64,000 bases of DNA from Mycobacterium sp. (GTDB taxonomy: Bacteria > Actinomycetota > Actinomycetes > Mycobacteriales > Mycobacteriaceae), in NCBI GenBank assembly GCA_965229105.1, contig OZ245858.1; one strand, given 5' to 3'. Within the stretch, counting starts at the first letter, position 1. Every line of letters begins with the position of its first letter. Below are positions 15,001 through 24,830 of the stretch, piece after piece. Made by a program: the position numbers and the translations under genes. Below the pieces are notes generated by a model. The model was not told the DNA's origin. It worked only from the letters and a program-made list of their open reading frames with translations, and did not search any database.

Positions 15001-15395
15001 TGGAGATGTACGAGCACCTCGTCGAGGACCGCACGGAGAATCCGACGTTCTACAAGGACTTCCCGACCTCGGTGTCACCGCTGACCCGACCGCATCGCAG
15101 CCTGCCCGGTGTCGCCGAGCGCTGGGATCTGGTGGCCTGGGGTGTCGAGCTCGGCACCGCCTACAGTGAGCTCACCGACCCCGTCGAACAGCGGCGCCGG
15201 CTGCAGGAGCAGTCCCTGTTGGCGGCGGGTGGTGACCCAGAAGCGATGGAACTCGACGAGGATTTCCTGCAGGCGATGGAATACGCGATGCCTCCAACAG
15301 GCGGTCTTGGCATGGGTGTCGATCGTGTCGTCATGCTGATTACCGGCCGCAGCATCCGCGAGACATTGCCGTTCCCGCTGGCGAAGCCACGATGA
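12057..15395 (+). CDS. lysX: Bifunctional lysylphosphatidylglycerol synthetase / lysine-tRNA ligase
   Basis: 1112 aa. N-terminal multi-TM MprF-like domain fused to a class II LysRS ([38 protein letters not shown]). Same position as Rv1640c. Confidence 0.95.
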   Translation: MTLATRSTSRPTSRYRWVPAAAGWTIGVIATLSLLASVSPAVRWVIKIPREFVNDYIFNFPDTSFAWAFVLALLAAALAARKSLAWWLLVLYMVAASVWNIGDLITGDVSVMDDVGEVIGLVFHVAAIAFLVLARKEFWARVRRGALFKAAAVLVAGMAVGILVGWGLLTMFPGSLDHDERLPYAANRVVVFAGVDADAFSGHHPHVFVNALLGLFGALALMVAAVVLFQSQRAENALTGEDESAIRGLLELWGKNDSLGYFATRRDKSVVFAPNGRAAITYRVEAGVCLASGDPVGDPRAWPAAMAEWLALCQEYGWAPGVMGASSAAAQAFREAGLNAIELGDEAILYPDRYRLSGPDMKPVRQAVTRARRAGLTVRIRRHRELSTEEMAEVTKRADRWRDTETERGFSMALGRLGDPADSDCLLVEAVRAAADGDGDGTSEGDVVAMLSLVPWGTNGASLDLMRRAPDSPNGTIELMVSELALQSEGIGVNRISLNFAMFRSAFEEGAQLGAGPVARLWRALLVFFSRWWQLETLYRSNMKYQPEWVPRFACYEDARLIPRVGVASVIAEGFLVLPFSRRGKQHTGQHSAVPQTLVETGLLHEDGSTPDVSGLSVDGPEENRAPRLPEQVRVRMAKLKLLQDNGIDAYPVGKPPSHTVAQALESPDGTTVSVSGRILRIRDYGGVLFGQLRDWSGEVQLLLDNTSLIEGDTAGFTAAIDLGDLVEVTGAMGVSKNGTRSVLVHSWRMIGKCLRPLPDKWKGLTDQEARVRTRYVDLAINTEARDLIRARSHVLHAIRETLFAKDFLEVETPILQQIHGGANARPFITHINAYDLALYLRIAPELYLKRLCVGGVERVFELGRAFRNEGVDFSHNPEFTLLEAYQAHADYNVWIDGCRELIQNAALAANGAHVVMRPRENGSLEPVDISGQWAVKTVHGAVSEALGEHVDTDTDLATLRRFADAAHIPYQTHWDPGAVVLEMYEHLVEDRTENPTFYKDFPTSVSPLTRPHRSLPGVAERWDLVAWGVELGTAYSELTDPVEQRRRLQEQSLLAAGGDPEAMELDEDFLQAMEYAMPPTGGLGMGVDRVVMLITGRSIRETLPFPLAKPR

Positions 15396-15467
15396 GAAAC
15401 GTTAGCTGGCAATCACCGGGACGGGTGACAGCTCCCTCACAGTGACCGGTAAGCAACGCCGTCCACG

Positions 15468-17006
15468 ATGGAGCCCGTGACAGCTTCGCTGCCCCCGGTT
15501 GTGCTGGGCCACGCCACCTCTGTACTGGCCGATCCGGCCGGGCCCGCACAACACCGAATCTCGTTGATGCACGGCTGGATACCGATCACGGTCCAGGTGC
15601 TCGCCATGCTCCTGTTGCTGCTTGCTGTCGGCTGGCGCTCACGTCGCTGGCGTGTGCTGTGGGTGCCCGTGGCCGCCGGTATCGGTATCGGACTCGCCGG
15701 GTGGACGCACTGGTATATCGCCTCGGACGGGTTGGCTGATGATCCCGCTCCGAAACAGTTGTGGGTGTGGGTCGCCCTGACCGGCGCCGCGGCGGCCATC
15801 TTGCTGCTGGGGTGGCGCAGTGCCCGGTGGTGGCGCCGCGGAGTGTCCGTACTGGCGCTGCCACTGTGCCTGCTCAGCGCGGCCCTCGCCCTGAACCTGT
15901 GGGTCGGGTACTTCCCGACGGTGCAGACCGCGTGGAACCAGATGACCGCCGGGCCGCTACCTGATCAGACCGATCGCGCCACCGTCACCGCGACAGTGGC
16001 GCAGGTCCAGGCCCAGCATGTCCTGCCCGCCAAGGGCAGCGTCATCACCGTCACGATCCCGTCCACCGCATCCGGCTTCAAGCACCGCGATGAACTCGTC
16101 TACCTGCCGCCGGCCTGGTTTGCCACCAGTCCCCCGCCCAAGCTCCCGACAGTGATGATGATCGGCGGCGAATTCAACACCCCGTCGGACTGGCTGCGTA
16201 CCGGCAACGCCATCAGCACCGTCGACGCCTATGCCGCCGCACACGGTGGCAACGCACCGGTACTGGTGTTCGTCGATGCGGGCGGCGCGTTCAACAATGA
16301 CACCGAATGCGTCAACGGACCCCGCGGCAACGTCGCCGACCACCTCACCAAAGACGTTGTGCCGTATATGAGTGCGAGCTTCGGGGTCAGCACGAACCGT
16401 GCCAACTGGGGGGTCGTGGGCTGGTCGATGGGCGGCACGTGCGCGGTGGATCTGGTCTCGATGCATCCCGACATCTTCAGCAGCTTCCTCGACATTGCCG
16501 GTGACCTGACCCCCAACGCCGGTAACAAAACTCAGACGATCGACAGACTCTATGGCGGCGATTCCTCGGCCTGGGCGGCCTTCGACCCTGCCACCGTGAT
16601 CGCCAAGCACGTTCCCTACCAAGGGGTGTCGGGGTGGTTCGCCATCTCGGGCACCCAGTCGACCCAGCCACACCGCAACGAACAGGCCGCGGATGCTGGT
16701 GCCGTCGGTCTTGGCGGCCGGGATGCCACCGGTAACCCCGGTGATCAGACGACCGCGGCCACCACCCTGTGCGGGTTGGGCCGGGCCAACGGGTTCACCT
16801 GTGCGGTCGTCGCGCAGCCCGGTAAACATGACTGGCCCTTCGCCGAGAAGGCTTTCGTCGCGGCACTGCCCTGGTTGGCCGGGGCGCTCGCCACGCCCGG
16901 CGATCCGGTGGTCACGCTGCCGGGTGCGACCGCGGGGATTACGGTGCTGCCCACACCGGTGGGTCCGACCAATCCGACCTTGCACGCCCAAGGCGCCGGT
17001 CCGTAG
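15468..17006 (+). CDS. Membrane-anchored esterase-family (esterase D / antigen-85 fold) protein
   Basis: N-terminal TM helices followed by an esterase domain with GWSMGGTCA. Position matches Rv1639c. Confidence 0.6.
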   Translation: MEPVTASLPPVVLGHATSVLADPAGPAQHRISLMHGWIPITVQVLAMLLLLLAVGWRSRRWRVLWVPVAAGIGIGLAGWTHWYIASDGLADDPAPKQLWVWVALTGAAAAILLLGWRSARWWRRGVSVLALPLCLLSAALALNLWVGYFPTVQTAWNQMTAGPLPDQTDRATVTATVAQVQAQHVLPAKGSVITVTIPSTASGFKHRDELVYLPPAWFATSPPPKLPTVMMIGGEFNTPSDWLRTGNAISTVDAYAAAHGGNAPVLVFVDAGGAFNNDTECVNGPRGNVADHLTKDVVPYMSASFGVSTNRANWGVVGWSMGGTCAVDLVSMHPDIFSSFLDIAGDLTPNAGNKTQTIDRLYGGDSSAWAAFDPATVIAKHVPYQGVSGWFAISGTQSTQPHRNEQAADAGAVGLGGRDATGNPGDQTTAATTLCGLGRANGFTCAVVAQPGKHDWPFAEKAFVAALPWLAGALATPGDPVVTLPGATAGITVLPTPVGPTNPTLHAQGAGP

Positions 17007-17049
17007 GTGTCGGACCCTGGTGTCGGAGGCCGGGCGTAGCGTGGCGACC

Positions 17050-17406
17050 ATGCCTGAGGAATCGCGCGGCCGACATGCACGCCCCGACGAACCAGACGAT
17101 GCGCTCGAGGTTGTCGATGCCGAGGTGCTTCCGACGGAGCCCGCGACATCGGTTCACACGCTGACCGTGCCCGACGCCGGATACACCGACCGCGGGGTGC
17201 CCACCTTCGATTCGGTGCGCGAGAAGATCGAGACCCGCTACGGCGCCTCGCTGGGCGCTGCCGAACTGGACGCCGAGACGCCGGAAGGCCGCACCGTCGA
17301 GCAGCAGTACGAGGACAGACATCAGGCAGCGGCGGCGCGTCTGGCTCAGATCCGAGCCGAGATGCACCCCGAACAGGCGCCGTCGGGAGAACACCGAAAG
17401 CCCTGA
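17050..17406 (+). CDS. Hypothetical acidic protein
   Basis: ATG 17050 within listed ORF 16693..17406 (MPEESRGRHARPDEPDD..EKIETRYGASLGAAELD..). No family recognised. Confidence 0.4.
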   Translation: MPEESRGRHARPDEPDDALEVVDAEVLPTEPATSVHTLTVPDAGYTDRGVPTFDSVREKIETRYGASLGAAELDAETPEGRTVEQQYEDRHQAAAARLAQIRAEMHPEQAPSGEHRKP

Positions 17407-17409
17407 CAC

Positions 17410-18606
17410 GTGCGCTCATTCAGTGTTGAGGAACGCCGTGCACGTCTGGCGCGTCGGCACTTTCTGTCCGACGGCGCCCTGGGTGCATCCATCCCCGACC
17501 TGACCGGCGCACTCGTCGGCTGGCACGCCACCGACCCGGCTACCCCGTACCTCTCGCTGTGGGCGAGGCTGCCGGGTTTCACCATCGCCGATCTTGATGC
17601 CGAAATCTATGACCACCGCACCGTGGTCAAGCAGTTGGCGATGCGTCGCACGCTCTGGCTGGTCCAGACATCACACCTGACGATGGTTCAGCCCGGCGCC
17701 AGCGACCGGGTTGCTGACGATGAGCGTCGCCGGCTGATCGCCGATGTCGAGAAGGCCGGTGTCGCCGATGATGGCGGCCGCTGGCTCGATATCGCCTGCG
17801 CGCGAGTGCTGAGCTATCTGCGCGAACACGGGCACGGCAGCAGCACGGAACTGCGGGCCGCGATCCCTGAGTTGGCGGGCACGTTCGATCCCGCACCCGG
17901 AAAGCGTTGGGGCGGAGCCACACCGCTGGCGCCGCGGGTGCTCACCGTGCTGTCGGTCCGCGGCGATATGGTCCGCGGACCCAACGACGGGTCATGGACC
18001 CATTCGCGGCCGCGTTGGGTGGGCACCGCGGACTGGTTGGGTGCCGACATCGACGTGATGTCCGCCGATGCGGCGCGCGCGGCGTTGATCACCACGTGGC
18101 TGCGGGCTTTCGGGCCCGCCACCCTCACCGATATCAAATGGTGGTTCGGCAGCACGCTCACGGCTGTCCGCGCGGCACTGTCGACCATTGATGCCGTGCA
18201 GGTCGATCTGCACGGCTCACCGGGGTACGCGCTACCGGATGATCTGGAACCCGAGCCCGACGCCGAGCCATGGGTGGCGCTGCTACCCGGCCTTGACGTC
18301 ACCACCATGGGGTGGTCGGAGCGCGACTGGTATCTGGGCGAGCATCGCAACCAGGTGTTCGATACCAACGGCAACGGCGGACCGACCGCCTGGTGCAACG
18401 GTCGGATCGTGGGCGGCTGGTATCAGGACGCCGACGCCCGGGTGCAGCTTCAACTCCTCGAAGATCCCGGGCGGGCCGGCATGAAGGCGCTTGCCCGCCG
18501 AGCCGACGAACTGACGGCGTGGGCCGGCGGCGTCCGGGTCAGCGCCAGATTCCCCTCGCCTTTATCGAAGTCTCAGTCCATAGCTGGCGCCGCCGCTAGG
18601 CGCTGA
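17410..18606 (+). CDS. Winged-helix DNA-binding protein, YcaQ/AlkZ-like DNA glycosylase family (DUF1006)
   Basis: 398 aa. N-terminal [15 protein letters not shown] and the overall pattern are typical of YcaQ-family proteins. GTG start. Confidence 0.55.
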   Translation: MRSFSVEERRARLARRHFLSDGALGASIPDLTGALVGWHATDPATPYLSLWARLPGFTIADLDAEIYDHRTVVKQLAMRRTLWLVQTSHLTMVQPGASDRVADDERRRLIADVEKAGVADDGGRWLDIACARVLSYLREHGHGSSTELRAAIPELAGTFDPAPGKRWGGATPLAPRVLTVLSVRGDMVRGPNDGSWTHSRPRWVGTADWLGADIDVMSADAARAALITTWLRAFGPATLTDIKWWFGSTLTAVRAALSTIDAVQVDLHGSPGYALPDDLEPEPDAEPWVALLPGLDVTTMGWSERDWYLGEHRNQVFDTNGNGGPTAWCNGRIVGGWYQDADARVQLQLLEDPGRAGMKALARRADELTAWAGGVRVSARFPSPLSKSQSIAGAAARR

Positions 18607-21511
18607 CTTTGCGTTTACGCGGAGCCCGCTTCTTCTCAGGCGCCGCCGGTGTTTGCTTGCCGAGCACCTCGGCGAGGAACTTCCCGGTGTAACTGGCCGG
18701 CACTGCGGCCACATCCTCCGGGGTGCCCTCGGCGACCACGGTGCCGCCGCCGGCACCACCTTCGGGACCCATATCGATGATCCAGTCCGACGTTTTGATG
18801 ACATCAAGGTTGTGTTCGATGACGATCACCGAATTGCCTTTGTCCACAAGTCCATTGATGACCTTGAGAAGCTTGCGGATGTCTTCGAAGTGCAGACCGG
18901 TGGTGGGCTCGTCGAGGATGTAGACGGTGCGCCCGGTCGACCGCTTCTGCAATTCGGCGGCCAGCTTGACGCGCTGCGCCTCACCACCGGAGAGCGTCGG
19001 GGCCGGCTGTCCCAGCCGCACATAGCCGAGCCCGACATCGACCAGAGTCTTCAGATACCGGTGGATGCTGGTGATCGGCTCGAAGAACCCCGATGCCTCT
19101 TCGATCGACATATCGAGCACTTCGGAGATGGTCTTGCCTTTGTAATGCACCTCGAGGGTTTCCCGGTTGTACCGGGCGCCGTGGCACACCTCGCACGGGA
19201 CATACACATCCGGCAGGAAGTTCATCTCGATCTTGATGGTGCCGTCACCTGAACACGCCTCGCAGCGACCACCTTTGACGTTGAACGAGAACCGCCCCGG
19301 TTGGTAGCCGCGGACCTTCGCTTCGGTGGTGGCTGCGAACAACGTGCGGATCTTGTCGAACACCCCGGTGTAGGTGGCCGGGTTGGAGCGCGGTGTCCGC
19401 CCGATCGGCGACTGGTCGACGCGCACCAGCTTGTCGAGTTGGTCCACCCCGTTGATCCGCAGGTGCCGGCCGGGCACCTGCCGCGCACCGTTGAGTTTGT
19501 TGGCCAGCACCGAGGCCAGAATGTCGTTGACCAGGGTGGACTTACCGGAGCCAGACACCCCGGTGATCGAGGTGAGCACACCCAGCGGGAACGCCACGTC
19601 GATCTCGCGCAGGTTGTTTTCGCGCGCACCCACCACGGTGAGCTGACGACGACGGTCGATCGGCCTGCGGATCGCCGGAATCTCGATGCTCTCCCGACCC
19701 GAAAGGTAGGCGCCGGTGATCGAGTTGGGGTTGGTCAGCAGATCCTTGTAGGACCCACTGTGCACCACGGTGCCGCCGTGTTCGCCGGCCGCAGGTCCGA
19801 TATCGACCACCCAGTCGGAATGGGCGATGGTGTCCTCGTCGTGTTCTACGACGATCAGCGTGTTACCCAAATCCCTTAGGCGCGTGAGAGTTTCGATGAG
19901 CCGACGATTGTCACGCTGGTGCAGTCCGATCGATGGCTCATCGAGGACGTACAACACTCCGGCGAGTCCCGAGCCGATTTGGGTGGCCAGCCTGATCCGT
20001 TGCGCCTCACCGCCGGAGAGCGTGCCCGCGGCCCGCTCCAACGACAGGTACTCCAATCCGACGTCGAGCAGGAACCCCAACCGTGACTGGACCTCTTTGA
20101 GCACCTGCCCGGCGATCGCCGCTTCACGGTGACCGAGGGTCAAGGCGTTGAGGAAGTCGGCGCAGTCTGCGATGGACAGGGCGCACACTTCGGCGATTGA
20201 CTTGTCGCCGCGCTCCCCTCCGGACAGCGTGACGGCGAGGATCTCGGGCTTGAGGCGGGTGCCGTTGCAGACCGGGCATGGCACGTCGCGCATGAAGCCG
20301 TCGTAGCGCTCCTTCATCTGCTCGGACTCGGTCTGCTCCATCCGGCGGTGCAGAAACGGCATGACGCCCTCGAAGTCGGCGTAGTACGACCGGGTGCGCC
20401 CGTAGCGGTTCTTGTACTTGACGTGCACCTGCTCGTCGGAGCCCTCGAGCAGGGCCTTGCGAGCCTTGACGGGGAGCTTCTTCCACGGTGTGTCGACATC
20501 GAATCCGAGCGCCTCACCCAGGCCCGACATCATCCGGGTGAAGTACTCCGATGTGTGGCCCATCGACCACGGCGCGATCGCGCCCTCGGCCAGGGTCAGC
20601 TCGGGGTCAGGGACGACGAGTTCCGGATCGACCTCTTTGCGGATGCCAAGTCCGGAACATTCCGGGCAGGCACCATAGGGCGAGTTGAACGAGAACGATC
20701 GGGGCTCAAGGTCATCGACGGCCAGGGCGTGACCGTTGGGACAGGCCAGCTTCTCGGAGAAGCGCTGCTCGCGGTGCGCGGCGCCTTCTTCCTGGTCGAC
20801 GAACTCGAGCACGACGATGCCGTCGGCCAGGTTCAGTGCCGTCTCCACCGAATCGGTGAGGCGCTGTTTGGCGCTCGCCTTGACGGTGAGGCGGTCGACG
20901 ACGACCTCGATATCGTGTTTTTCCTGCTTCTTGAGCTTTGGCGGATCGGTCAGCGAATGGACGACGCCGTCGACGCGGACCCGGCTGTAACCCTGAGCGT
21001 TGAGCTTTTCGAAGAGGTCGACGAACTCACCCTTGCGGGTGCGCACCACCGGCGCCAAGACCTGGAACCGGGTGCCTTCTGGCATCACCAGAACCTGGTC
21101 GACGATCTGTTGGGGTGACTGTTTCGCGATCCGCTCGCCACACACCGGGCAGTGCGGGCTGCCCGCGCGGGCATAGAGCAGACGCAGATAGTCGTACACC
21201 TCGGTGATGGTCCCGACGGTTGACCGTGGGTTGCGGTTGGTCGACTTCTGGTCGATCGACACCGCGGGCGAGAGCCCTTCGATGAAGTCGACGTCAGGTT
21301 TGTCCATCTGCCCCAGGAACTGCCTGGCGTACGCCGACAACGACTCCACATAGCGCCGTTGTCCTTCGGCGAAGATGGTGTCGAACGCCAGCGACGACTT
21401 ACCCGACCCGGACAGTCCCGTGAAGACGATCAGCGAGTCGCGGGGCAGATCAAGGTCGACGCCGCGCAGGTTGTGTTCACGCGCTCCCTTGACGATCAGG
21501 CGATCAGCCAC
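18596..21511 (-). CDS. uvrA: Excinuclease ABC subunit A
   Basis: 971 aa: [60 protein letters not shown].. with two ABC modules and zinc-finger cysteines. Confidence 0.98.
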   Translation of the reverse strand: MADRLIVKGAREHNLRGVDLDLPRDSLIVFTGLSGSGKSSLAFDTIFAEGQRRYVESLSAYARQFLGQMDKPDVDFIEGLSPAVSIDQKSTNRNPRSTVGTITEVYDYLRLLYARAGSPHCPVCGERIAKQSPQQIVDQVLVMPEGTRFQVLAPVVRTRKGEFVDLFEKLNAQGYSRVRVDGVVHSLTDPPKLKKQEKHDIEVVVDRLTVKASAKQRLTDSVETALNLADGIVVLEFVDQEEGAAHREQRFSEKLACPNGHALAVDDLEPRSFSFNSPYGACPECSGLGIRKEVDPELVVPDPELTLAEGAIAPWSMGHTSEYFTRMMSGLGEALGFDVDTPWKKLPVKARKALLEGSDEQVHVKYKNRYGRTRSYYADFEGVMPFLHRRMEQTESEQMKERYDGFMRDVPCPVCNGTRLKPEILAVTLSGGERGDKSIAEVCALSIADCADFLNALTLGHREAAIAGQVLKEVQSRLGFLLDVGLEYLSLERAAGTLSGGEAQRIRLATQIGSGLAGVLYVLDEPSIGLHQRDNRRLIETLTRLRDLGNTLIVVEHDEDTIAHSDWVVDIGPAAGEHGGTVVHSGSYKDLLTNPNSITGAYLSGRESIEIPAIRRPIDRRRQLTVVGARENNLREIDVAFPLGVLTSITGVSGSGKSTLVNDILASVLANKLNGARQVPGRHLRINGVDQLDKLVRVDQSPIGRTPRSNPATYTGVFDKIRTLFAATTEAKVRGYQPGRFSFNVKGGRCEACSGDGTIKIEMNFLPDVYVPCEVCHGARYNRETLEVHYKGKTISEVLDMSIEEASGFFEPITSIHRYLKTLVDVGLGYVRLGQPAPTLSGGEAQRVKLAAELQKRSTGRTVYILDEPTTGLHFEDIRKLLKVINGLVDKGNSVIVIEHNLDVIKTSDWIIDMGPEGGAGGGTVVAEGTPEDVAAVPASYTGKFLAEVLGKQTPAAPEKKRAPRKRKVSA

Positions 21512-21593
21512 CCGGCCCCTTCCAAAAACTCGTTCATGCAGTACACAAGGCGGTCAGTGGCGGCCATTCGGGCCACCACAGACGTCGCCGTCC

Positions 21594-21616
21594 ATGCTAG
21601 GTGTCCCCACCGACAA
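21594..21616 (-). promoter_or_regulatory. RecA-independent DNA-damage promoter motif (RecA-NDp / PafBC-type) upstream of uvrA
   Basis: The minus strand reads TTGTCGGTG-gggacacc-TAGCAT, an exact fit to tTGTCRgtg-N8-TAnnnT. The -10 element ends about 83 nt upstream of the uvrA GTG. Confidence 0.6.
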
Positions 21617-21646
21617 GAAATCCCCGGCAGCGATAACGTGACCACC

Positions 21647-22324
21647 ATGACTGTCGTCGACGATAAGTACACCGGCCACGTCGAGCCTGGTAGCGGCGCA
21701 CGCCGCGTCCTGCCCGGCGCGTCGATCGTGAAGGTGTCGGTGGGCCCGATGGACAACAACGCCTACCTGGTCACCTGTTCCCGAACCGGCGAATCCCTAC
21801 TCATCGACGCCGCCAACGATGCCGAGACCCTGGTCGATGTGGTGCACCAATACGCCCCCACAGTCTCCCTGATCGTGACATCACACCAGCACATGGACCA
21901 CTGGCTTGCCCTCGAGGCGCTCGCCGCGGCGACTGGGGCACCGACCGCGGCACATGAACTCGATGCCGAACCGCTCCCGGTCAAGCCGACGCGGATCCTG
22001 GCCGGTGGCGACACCGTGACTGTCGGCGACCTGTCCTTCGACGTCATCCACCTACGCGGGCACACCCCGGGCTCGGTGGCGCTGGCGTTGTCGGGAGACG
22101 CCGTGGGCGGGATCACTCAACTGTTCACCGGCGACTGCCTCTTTCCCGGTGGTCCTGGACGGACAACACGCCCGGAAGATTTTCAAACGCTGCTCGGTGA
22201 CCTGGAAACAAGGGTCTTCGATCGGTACGACGACGCCACGGTTGTCTATCCCGGTCACGGCGACGACACCACGCTGGGCAACGAGCGTCCACACCTCGAT
22301 GAATGGCGCGCGCGGGGCTGGTGA
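21647..22324 (+). CDS. MBL-fold metallo-hydrolase
   Basis: MTVVDDKYTGH..; metal motif SHQHMDHW; HLRGHTPGS; C-terminus YPGHGDDTTLGNERPHLDEWRARGW. Position matches Rv1637c. Confidence 0.85.
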   Translation: MTVVDDKYTGHVEPGSGARRVLPGASIVKVSVGPMDNNAYLVTCSRTGESLLIDAANDAETLVDVVHQYAPTVSLIVTSHQHMDHWLALEALAAATGAPTAAHELDAEPLPVKPTRILAGGDTVTVGDLSFDVIHLRGHTPGSVALALSGDAVGGITQLFTGDCLFPGGPGRTTRPEDFQTLLGDLETRVFDRYDDATVVYPGHGDDTTLGNERPHLDEWRARGW

Positions 22325-22528
22325 GATTCGAAACTCAATTTTGGCGTTACGGGTTCAGTCGCTGCCGACCACGCGTGACGAAGAACTGCCGGTGGTCTTG
22401 ATCCTCGATGGGGACGGCCATGGCGGTCGCGGACGGTTTCGACGCCGTACAAACCACCAACACGTACTTGAGCGCAGCGCGGGAGCCCTAACCTTGGCAC
22501 GGCATAGGACCGTCAAGGGAGACACGAA

Positions 22529-22954
22529 ATGAAGATCAAAGCAATGCTCGCTCTGTCGGTGGTGTTGGTGGGGTCCGCAGCACTTGCACCACAGGTTGCC
22601 GCCAACCCTTATTCCGGGATGGATGACGCGCATGTTCAGATCTTCAGATCCCCGTCGGGCAATATCCACTGCGAGATCGACTTCCAACGCGACCCGCGCA
22701 TTCCTGACGGTGCGTACTGCATGTCGTTGAACCCCTTGCAGAATGCCCAAATCCGGGCTGATGGGTCACTGGCGAGTGTCTGCACCGATGGCGTAAGTTG
22801 CGGCAGTAATGGCCCGCAAGATGAAGGGGTCCTTGCCTATGGTGCGAGCGCCGTCCTCGGGCCATTCACCTGCTTGTCGGAGCAATCCGGGATGACCTGC
22901 ACCGCCAACGGCCGGGGCTTCAAAATCTCGACAGCCGGTATCGCGCCGGTCTAA
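22529..22954 (+). CDS. Small secreted cysteine-rich protein
   Basis: Signal peptide MKIKAMLALSVVLVGSAALAPQVAA; GGGAGA Shine-Dalgarno upstream; six Cys; FRSPSGNIHCEID motif. Confidence 0.6.
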   Translation: MKIKAMLALSVVLVGSAALAPQVAANPYSGMDDAHVQIFRSPSGNIHCEIDFQRDPRIPDGAYCMSLNPLQNAQIRADGSLASVCTDGVSCGSNGPQDEGVLAYGASAVLGPFTCLSEQSGMTCTANGRGFKISTAGIAPV

Positions 22955-23043
22955 CCGGAAGCCACTCCCATCAGGTGTAGTTGTCGCGCCGCAAGATCTC
23001 GTACCGGAGTCGCTTGATGATCGCCTTCCCCGGCTATCCGTTC

Positions 23044-23226
23044 TTTCCAGGCGGTCCTGGACGGACAACACGCCCAGAGGAGCTCGAGTCTCTGATGAGC
23101 GACCTCACGGCACGGGTGTTCGACACATACGACGACGCTACGGTGATCTACCCCGGCCACGGTGACGACACCAAGCTTGGCGCTGAGCGACCGCATCTGG
23201 CCGAGTGGCGCGAACGAGGCTGGTGA
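23044..23226 (+). pseudogene. Displaced 3' fragment of an MBL-hydrolase gene (copy 2)
   Basis: FPGGPGRTTRPEELESLMSDLTARVFDTYDDATVIYPGHGDDTKLGAERPHLAEWRERGW aligns with the last ~60 aa of the gene at 21647..22324. The 23-nt string ggtcctggacggacaacacgccc is shared (22151 and 23053). Confidence 0.8.
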
Positions 23227-23367
23227 TTCCATCCGAGGGCTGCCGACTACGGGAGATCAGGCCCGTGACCATCACCGAAGTAACACCAGTTCTGGCCAAC
23301 GTGCCTGTACCAGTCGGCGCTACACACCGCACATGGCTTGAAGGTCCTGCGAGACTGCGCCTTTCAC

Positions 23368-24027
23368 CTAGGCAGGACAGACCTCCAGGTCCAGATTCCA
23401 CTCCGTCGTGACAGTAAGAAGCGGATCGGGTGCGGGGTCTATCAATGGAATGATCTCGCCCACGAGGTCCGCATCTCCGCAGCCCTCAAATAGGGCCACA
23501 CACGGTTGAGCGTCAAGCCGAGACAAAAACCTCACGGCAGCCACACCGCTGTCGTAGAGGTCACCAGCAATCGTCTGGGTAACCACGCGACGACTCGTCG
23601 TGATTTCGTGCAGATCAAGGTGTTTCATGTCGTTTTCGATCAGAAGCGGGGCGTGCCTGTCTTCTATCTGTTGACGCACTGCCCCGTCCGTTAGGTCAAT
23701 CATCGGGCCGTCAAGTCTCAGTAGCGCTGGAACTAGTACGTTCTGGCGGCGCCAGCTTGCAGTCACCGGCTCCGAGGCGAAGTCTTCAGCCGCTTCGGGC
23801 CCGTATCGCTCGATATGCCTGAGCTTGGCACCGAGATTTGGCCGGAGGTCTGCCAGCACTTCGCGGAGGCAGGTTTCGGGCAAGTCCGCCAGATAGAGAG
23901 TGCGGAAGCGGTGGTGAAGGTCGTCGAAGCGATGGTTGAAGCTGTATAGCTCGAGCGGCGTGAATGCAAGTGGACTTGCGTGGTAGCCAACTCTCCACAG
24001 CAGCAGTTCGGAGCCGACTTTGGTCAC
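23368..24027 (-). CDS. RES-domain toxin (MbcT-like NAD+-degrading family)
   Basis: 219 aa. NHRFDD..FRTLYLADLPETCLREVL (Arg, Glu) and AAVRFLSRLD (Ser) fit the R-E-S signature. GTG start overlaps the antitoxin stop (GTGA). Confidence 0.8.
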   Translation of the reverse strand: MTKVGSELLLWRVGYHASPLAFTPLELYSFNHRFDDLHHRFRTLYLADLPETCLREVLADLRPNLGAKLRHIERYGPEAAEDFASEPVTASWRRQNVLVPALLRLDGPMIDLTDGAVRQQIEDRHAPLLIENDMKHLDLHEITTSRRVVTQTIAGDLYDSGVAAVRFLSRLDAQPCVALFEGCGDADLVGEIIPLIDPAPDPLLTVTTEWNLDLEVCPA

Positions 24028-24419
24028 GCCTGAAAGCTAGCGACCTGTCTAGCCGCTTGCACGACCATCGCGAAATCAGCCGTGTCGGACGCGTCGCCGA
24101 GAACTTCGACTGGCGCACGATCGTCGAGACGTGTATTTGTGCCAAACAACCAGGCTCGAGCAGTCTTGTCGTCGTACGCATCAACAAGCATTCGGACAAC
24201 TTTGTAGCCCTCACGCAGCCTGCGTTCGGCTACATCGTGCGGTTCCGGGCCGCCTGCCCGCGCGTATCGGCCGATCTGTTTAGCATCCGCAAGTCCTGCG
24301 AGGGCTGCGGTGATTCGTTGTCCGACCGTTTCCTGCAGGTAGCCGGCGATTTCACGAATTGAGCGGGTTGTCGCCTCGAAATCGAGCCTCTCAGCGGCGC
24401 TGGCTGTTAGAACAGACAT
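24024..24419 (-). CDS. Xre/MbcA/ParS-like antitoxin (DUF2384 toxin-binding domain)
   Basis: MSVLTASAAERLDFEATTRSIREIAGYLQETVG..WLFGTNTRLDDRAPVEVL. ATG 24419 with GGAGG 7 nt upstream. The listed ORF extends spuriously to 24659. Confidence 0.75.
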   Translation of the reverse strand: MSVLTASAAERLDFEATTRSIREIAGYLQETVGQRITAALAGLADAKQIGRYARAGGPEPHDVAERRLREGYKVVRMLVDAYDDKTARAWLFGTNTRLDDRAPVEVLGDASDTADFAMVVQAARQVASFQA

Positions 24420-24510
24420 TCTGGGACCTCCGGACGGGCTGTATCCAGCCACAAGGCTACCACTAGACCCACTACAAACAACACCTATAACAACACCATA
24501 AATCACCACG

Positions 24511-24689
24511 CCCGGTGGTATCGGCAAGACCTGGCAGCCCGGGGACTTCGAAAACTGCTCGACGACGTCTCCACCCGGTTGTTCAGCGTCTACCCGGACT
24601 CCACGGTGGTGTATCCGGGCCACGGCGATGACACGACCCTCGGCGCTGAGCGGCCGCACCTGGCGGAGTGGCGCGAACGCGGCTGGTAA
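24511..24689 (+). pseudogene. Displaced 3' fragment of an MBL-hydrolase gene (copy 3)
   Basis: Translates to PGGIGKTWQPGDFEKLLDDVSTRLFSVYPDSTVVYPGHGDDTTLGAERPHLAEWRERGW*. No upstream catalytic part. Confidence 0.8.
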
Positions 24690-24830
24690 CAGCTATCGTG
24701 CCCACCCCCATTATTAACTAGGGCGTTAAATTGTATTCATCCTGCTGCGGTCAGATGAACTTTCAACGCCTCGATGACTCGCGTGGGTTTTCCGCGTGGG
24801 GTTCTGCGGGCTCACGGACGGGGTGGGGCG

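Noticed and set aside
22971-23024. Minus-strand peptide AIIKRLRYEILRRDNYT*, reminiscent of the N-terminal part of an HNH endonuclease
   Set aside because: Only 17 codons are open between stops. That is far too short to distinguish from chance, though it lies at a cassette boundary and could be rechecked by tblastn.
24420-24659. Upstream 80 codons of listed ORF 24024..24659
   Set aside because: This part runs antisense through the MBL 3' fragment and the AT-rich promoter. The antitoxin homology and the GGAGG Shine-Dalgarno support ATG 24419.
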